From contig OW569385.1 in NCBI GenBank assembly GCA_937625935.1, positions 186,001-250,000 of the forward strand: 64,000 nucleotides of DNA, in the 5' to 3' direction. Within the stretch, counting starts at the first letter, position 1, and each line of letters begins with the position of its first letter. A program made the translations under genes and the position numbers. Below, one piece after another: positions 60,346-64,000 of the stretch. Source of the DNA: Tetramitus jugosus (taxonomy: Eukaryota > Protista > Heterolobosea). The notes below the pieces were generated by a model. It saw only the letters and a list, made by a program, of their open reading frames with translations. It did not search any database and had not been told where the DNA came from.

Positions 60346-62052
60346 ATGAAATCGCAGGATGAGCCTGAAATGAAGCGAAGAAAGCTTGAAACAACTCGTG
60401 AGCCATGCAAGACACTGTCCAATGATGTTTGGCAGCTCATACTTTCTTATGTCACGCCAGAGGTTCTCTTCTCCTCTATTCAATTGACCGGTAAATTCTT
60501 CAATGAACTCCTTCATTTTACTCCGGCACTGGATTCAGCTGAAGTGACGAGACATTGTGATAGTGATGGATTTTGGGTGGAATACATGAATCGTATCTTA
60601 TCCAATCATTACTACCCATGCACCAAGAAGAAAAGGAACAAGAGAAGCGCCGCTGAGAACAACGAAAATGAGGCTCATGACTACGATGATGACATTGACG
60701 ACGACGATGACAATGGATATGATAGTGTGAAGGACGATACGGCAAGGTTATCACCTGAATTGGCCTACTTGGATGCCACGCATGAACTTCTCGAGTATGA
60801 AACATATTTGAGACAAAGTATGACGCAAGAGAAGTCTACCTTGAGTAAGAGTGTTCGAGATAATTTGGAAAAGAGGGAGTGGAGCATATTCAGTGAACAG
60901 TTTGAAAAGCACAAGAAACGTGTATTGTTCTGGGATGAACAACGAATGAATGTGTTGCTCGATCGAATGAGTGTTTCATCCAAGGAGGCATTCTTGTTGG
61001 ATCAGAGCATGGAGAACTACGAAGAAGATGATAGGAGAGTTGATCCAATTGTTCGCAACCATCGATTGACATTTGCCCAGGAATTCAAGAGACAATATCT
61101 GCTCTTCAAATTTCAAACTAAACAATTGACTTCTGGCCGATTAGAGCTATCAGAGGAGAAAATGGATGAATATCGAGAGTTACGTTCAAAACTACCGCCT
61201 GATGAGAGAGCTAGTTTCAGTGCTCTGGAGAAGGAGAAGGACAAGTGTTTACAGAACAGTACAAGCCTTCAAGAGTTTGTTGTTGGCTACTGGGGTGAAG
61301 AGGCAAGAGAGAAACCAAATTCTTTCAAGAATCGAATCTTGGACTGGCTAGTTGAAAATCAGGACGCGTTTCCTCGATTACAATCTCTCTTCTTGGCTGA
61401 TGTGAGTTATACTTTCTGTGAAGTGTCTTGGATGCACGTTGGTGACATAACACCAGTGCTCGAAAACTATCAACAGTTATTGTTCCTTCGATCTAAGGGA
61501 ATGAATGGTTTGAGACTCAGTCCAATAGAACACCATAACTTACTGTCTCTGACGTTTATCACTGGCGGTTTCAGTACCAAGATTTTCAGTTCGCTTCTCT
61601 GGAGTTCGTTCTCAAATCTCATGCATTTAGAGATATGGTTTGGCTCAAATAACTACGGATTCACAGTCAAAGATGAGCAATTAAGAGAGCTATTGTCCCC
61701 AGAGGAAAAAGGATTGTTCCCCAGATTAGAGTACTTGGGTCTCAGAAACCATGAAGCAATTGATCAATTCGTTGGTGATATTCTGAAATCTGCAATCGCA
61801 AAACGAGTCCGAATTATAGATCTCTCATTGGGAACGTTCTCAGACAAGGGTGCGCAAGAGATGCTCACATTGTTCAACGAGGATGAAACTCTGTTGCCGC
61901 AATTTGACGTGCTAGAGATGTTGGATGTTCATCAGTCGTTCCTCTCTGACTCCATGGTAGATCAACTACAAAAGCTACCATTCCTCGTGTGCTGTGTCCA
62001 TAACCGCCTCAATCCAGCTCGTGACTACCGTTATGTCTCCCTCTCCGAATAA
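60346..62052 (+). CDS. F-box protein fused to an STM4015-family LRR-like domain
   Basis: F-box LSNDVWQLILSYV..IQLTGKFFNEL; C-terminal FVVGYW, FPRLQSLFLADVSYTFCEVSW, HLEIWFGSNNYG, FPRLEYLGLRN, IDLSLGTFSDKGA, RYVSLSE. Confidence 0.8.
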   Translation: MKSQDEPEMKRRKLETTREPCKTLSNDVWQLILSYVTPEVLFSSIQLTGKFFNELLHFTPALDSAEVTRHCDSDGFWVEYMNRILSNHYYPCTKKKRNKRSAAENNENEAHDYDDDIDDDDDNGYDSVKDDTARLSPELAYLDATHELLEYETYLRQSMTQEKSTLSKSVRDNLEKREWSIFSEQFEKHKKRVLFWDEQRMNVLLDRMSVSSKEAFLLDQSMENYEEDDRRVDPIVRNHRLTFAQEFKRQYLLFKFQTKQLTSGRLELSEEKMDEYRELRSKLPPDERASFSALEKEKDKCLQNSTSLQEFVVGYWGEEAREKPNSFKNRILDWLVENQDAFPRLQSLFLADVSYTFCEVSWMHVGDITPVLENYQQLLFLRSKGMNGLRLSPIEHHNLLSLTFITGGFSTKIFSSLLWSSFSNLMHLEIWFGSNNYGFTVKDEQLRELLSPEEKGLFPRLEYLGLRNHEAIDQFVGDILKSAIAKRVRIIDLSLGTFSDKGAQEMLTLFNEDETLLPQFDVLEMLDVHQSFLSDSMVDQLQKLPFLVCCVHNRLNPARDYRYVSLSE

Positions 62053-62214
62053 TACAAGAGCTGTCATTGTATTGGCCGCCAACTAATGGCGGGATAATCA
62101 ATCAACAAAATCATTGAACCAACAACAAAAAATTCAATTTTCACACTCAAAAAACAACAACTCGTGGATACAAACAAACAACCCACCCATCCATCAGATA
62201 GAATCATACCAACA

Positions 62215-64000
62215 ATGGGCAAGAATAAAGCCTCCTATGACGACGAAGATGATGATTTCTCTCTCGCAAAATACATGTCAGCTCCAACAACAACAACAAC
62301 AACAAATTTGAACAATACAAGTGATCACATGAAGGATGAAAATGATGATGATGATTTTCCAGAATCGAAACCATTGAGCGATAATGAAAAAGTGAATATT
62401 ATGAGACAACAAATGGGATTACAACCCATTGATTCTTCAGTGCAGCAACAACAATCACAACAACAGGGAGAACATCAGTACACGCAACAAGAGATTCGAT
62501 CACTTCAAGAGACTCAAAATCTATTCCAGTCTTCTCTGTTTCGCATTGCTGTATGTGTACTCCACAACGATATTATTTTCAAGACTTGATTTTTTTTGTG
62601 TGTGTTTTTGTGTGAAAAATGGAAAGAGAGAGAAGATTGCTAATTCAACTCTTTGTTCTCATTTTAGTTTACAGAAGTGTTGAAACAAGTGGGTATTCAA
62701 TGGGAGAAGAACAAGAGCATTGAAATTGCATTGCACATGCTCAAGATGACATTGGATTCGATTGACAACAACAACAACAAGAAGGTTGTTGCTGGTGATG
62801 ATTTGAATTTTGAACAAGTGTTGGACCAGATGACAACATTATCCACTACCAAATTTGATGATTTGAAAACCGTCTTGTCCAAACAGTCTCTCTCCAGTAA
62901 ATCATTGCTCGTTGCACCAGAGAGATTGGACATTATTGGTAGTTACTTGTTGAGATCAGTGGCCAAACCAAATGAACATGTCGATGTAGCATTGACGATA
63001 CCACCAAAGCTATTGAAGAAGAGTGATATCTCCAATCACAAGTATTATGCAATTCGAGCTGCTTATTTATTAATGATTGCAAAGTATTTGTCCAGTGTGC
63101 CCATGTTTGAAAATGTGCAGATTCAGGCATTCAAGGACGACTGTTTGAAACCAATCTTGGTCATTACACCCAAGAGAGATGAGAAATTGGCGCCAAAATT
63201 CACAAAAACCAAATTCAAGATTCGTCTCTTTGTGGCACTGCCTGCACATGTGTTTGGTGATGATGAGACTCAATTGGGCATTGACAAGTCCAATATTAAA
63301 AAGTCAAAGGCGAGTGCAACTCCATACTACAATCACGGTATTTTGGAGGACAAGTACTTTAAGGCTCACTTGGAGACCATTCACGAGTACATGATAGATT
63401 GTACATCGCTTGTTGAATCATCCATTTTGTTAAAGGTGTGGTCCAAGCAACGTGGAATCTATTATTCCTATGATGGTGTCAATGGTTTCCTGTTGACTAT
63501 GCTGCTTGTCTATTTAATGAGTCGAAATCAAATTAACAAGCACATGAGTTCCTTCCAAATGATGAAACAATTGATGCAATGGATTGTGTCTCATGACCTG
63601 TCGAAAAAGGGTGTCTCTTTCTCTCAGGACAGCAAGGCATCCAAGGAACCAATCAAATCATTTGGTCAAGTGTTTGATTGTGTGTTGCTCGATGAAGAAA
63701 ATCGATTCAATATTTTCCATCGTGTTTCCAAGTCTGCATGGCACGAATTACAGCACGAAGCAAGATTGACACTTCAATACTTTGATGATGATCAAAAGGT
63801 TGAGGCCATTCAGGCTCTATTCCTCACAAAGCACAATATATGGCACAAGTACGATGCTCATGTGTGCATTTCCAAGGTGAATAGCATTAAGAAGGTTGAT
63901 ACCTCTGATCACTCTCGGGGCATTGCGATCAGAAAATCAATCATGCATTATCTGACATTGGCATTTGGTGAACGTATTCAATATTTGCGATTGGTGGACA
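62215..64000 (+). CDS. NOL6: Nucleolar protein 6/Utp22 (Nrap); intron 62551-62667; runs off the window
   Basis: NLFQSSLFRI; IIGSYLL..VDVALTIP; NHKYYAIRAAYL; TPYYNHGILED; ILLKVWSKQRG; NGFLLTMLLVYL. Confidence 0.9.

Noticed and set aside
1-64000. rRNA, tRNA, CRISPR array, transposase/RT or alternative genetic code
   Set aside because: None recognised by eye; conserved genes translate with the standard code and end in TAA, TGA or TAG. tRNAscan-SE and Infernal were not run

Overview
Gene-dense, intron-poor eukaryotic nuclear DNA: about 37 protein-coding genes in 64 kb, short GT-AG introns (donor usually GTATGT), often <150 bp between genes, and many poly-N/Q/H/T/S/D tracts. The gene content (F-box, RGS and 7TM genes plus motile-flagellum genes LRRC6 and RSPH14) suggests a free-living protist, tentatively a Naegleria-like heterolobosean; that taxon call is inference. 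Recognisable genes: NNF1/PMF1, DUF1764, SPT3, TTC39, RAD52, a Rho/Rac GTPase, LRRC6/DNAAF11, SEC5/EXOC2, uridine kinase, a PQ-loop transporter, a PTS2-bearing acyl-CoA oxidase, a CsgA-like SDR, WDR48, RSPH14, DUF229, CDC20, RGS, TTC9-like, a TRIM/RBCC protein and NOL6/UTP22 (truncated by the window end). Most notable observations: (1) an F-box fused to a bacterial STM4015-type LRR domain; (2) a 360-nt Rho intron with no internal AG and an ACTAAC branch motif ~270 nt upstream of the acceptor; (3) two intergenic elements with perfect 16- and 19-bp inverted repeats and 16-bp palindromes; (4) bacterial-like HD phosphohydrolase and YjjX ITPase genes flanking a disrupted pseudokinase; (5) secreted CBM52-like Cys-rich proteins, one fused to a Kelch propeller. 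No rRNA, tRNA, CRISPR array or transposase was recognised. All family assignments are from motif recognition, not database searches.
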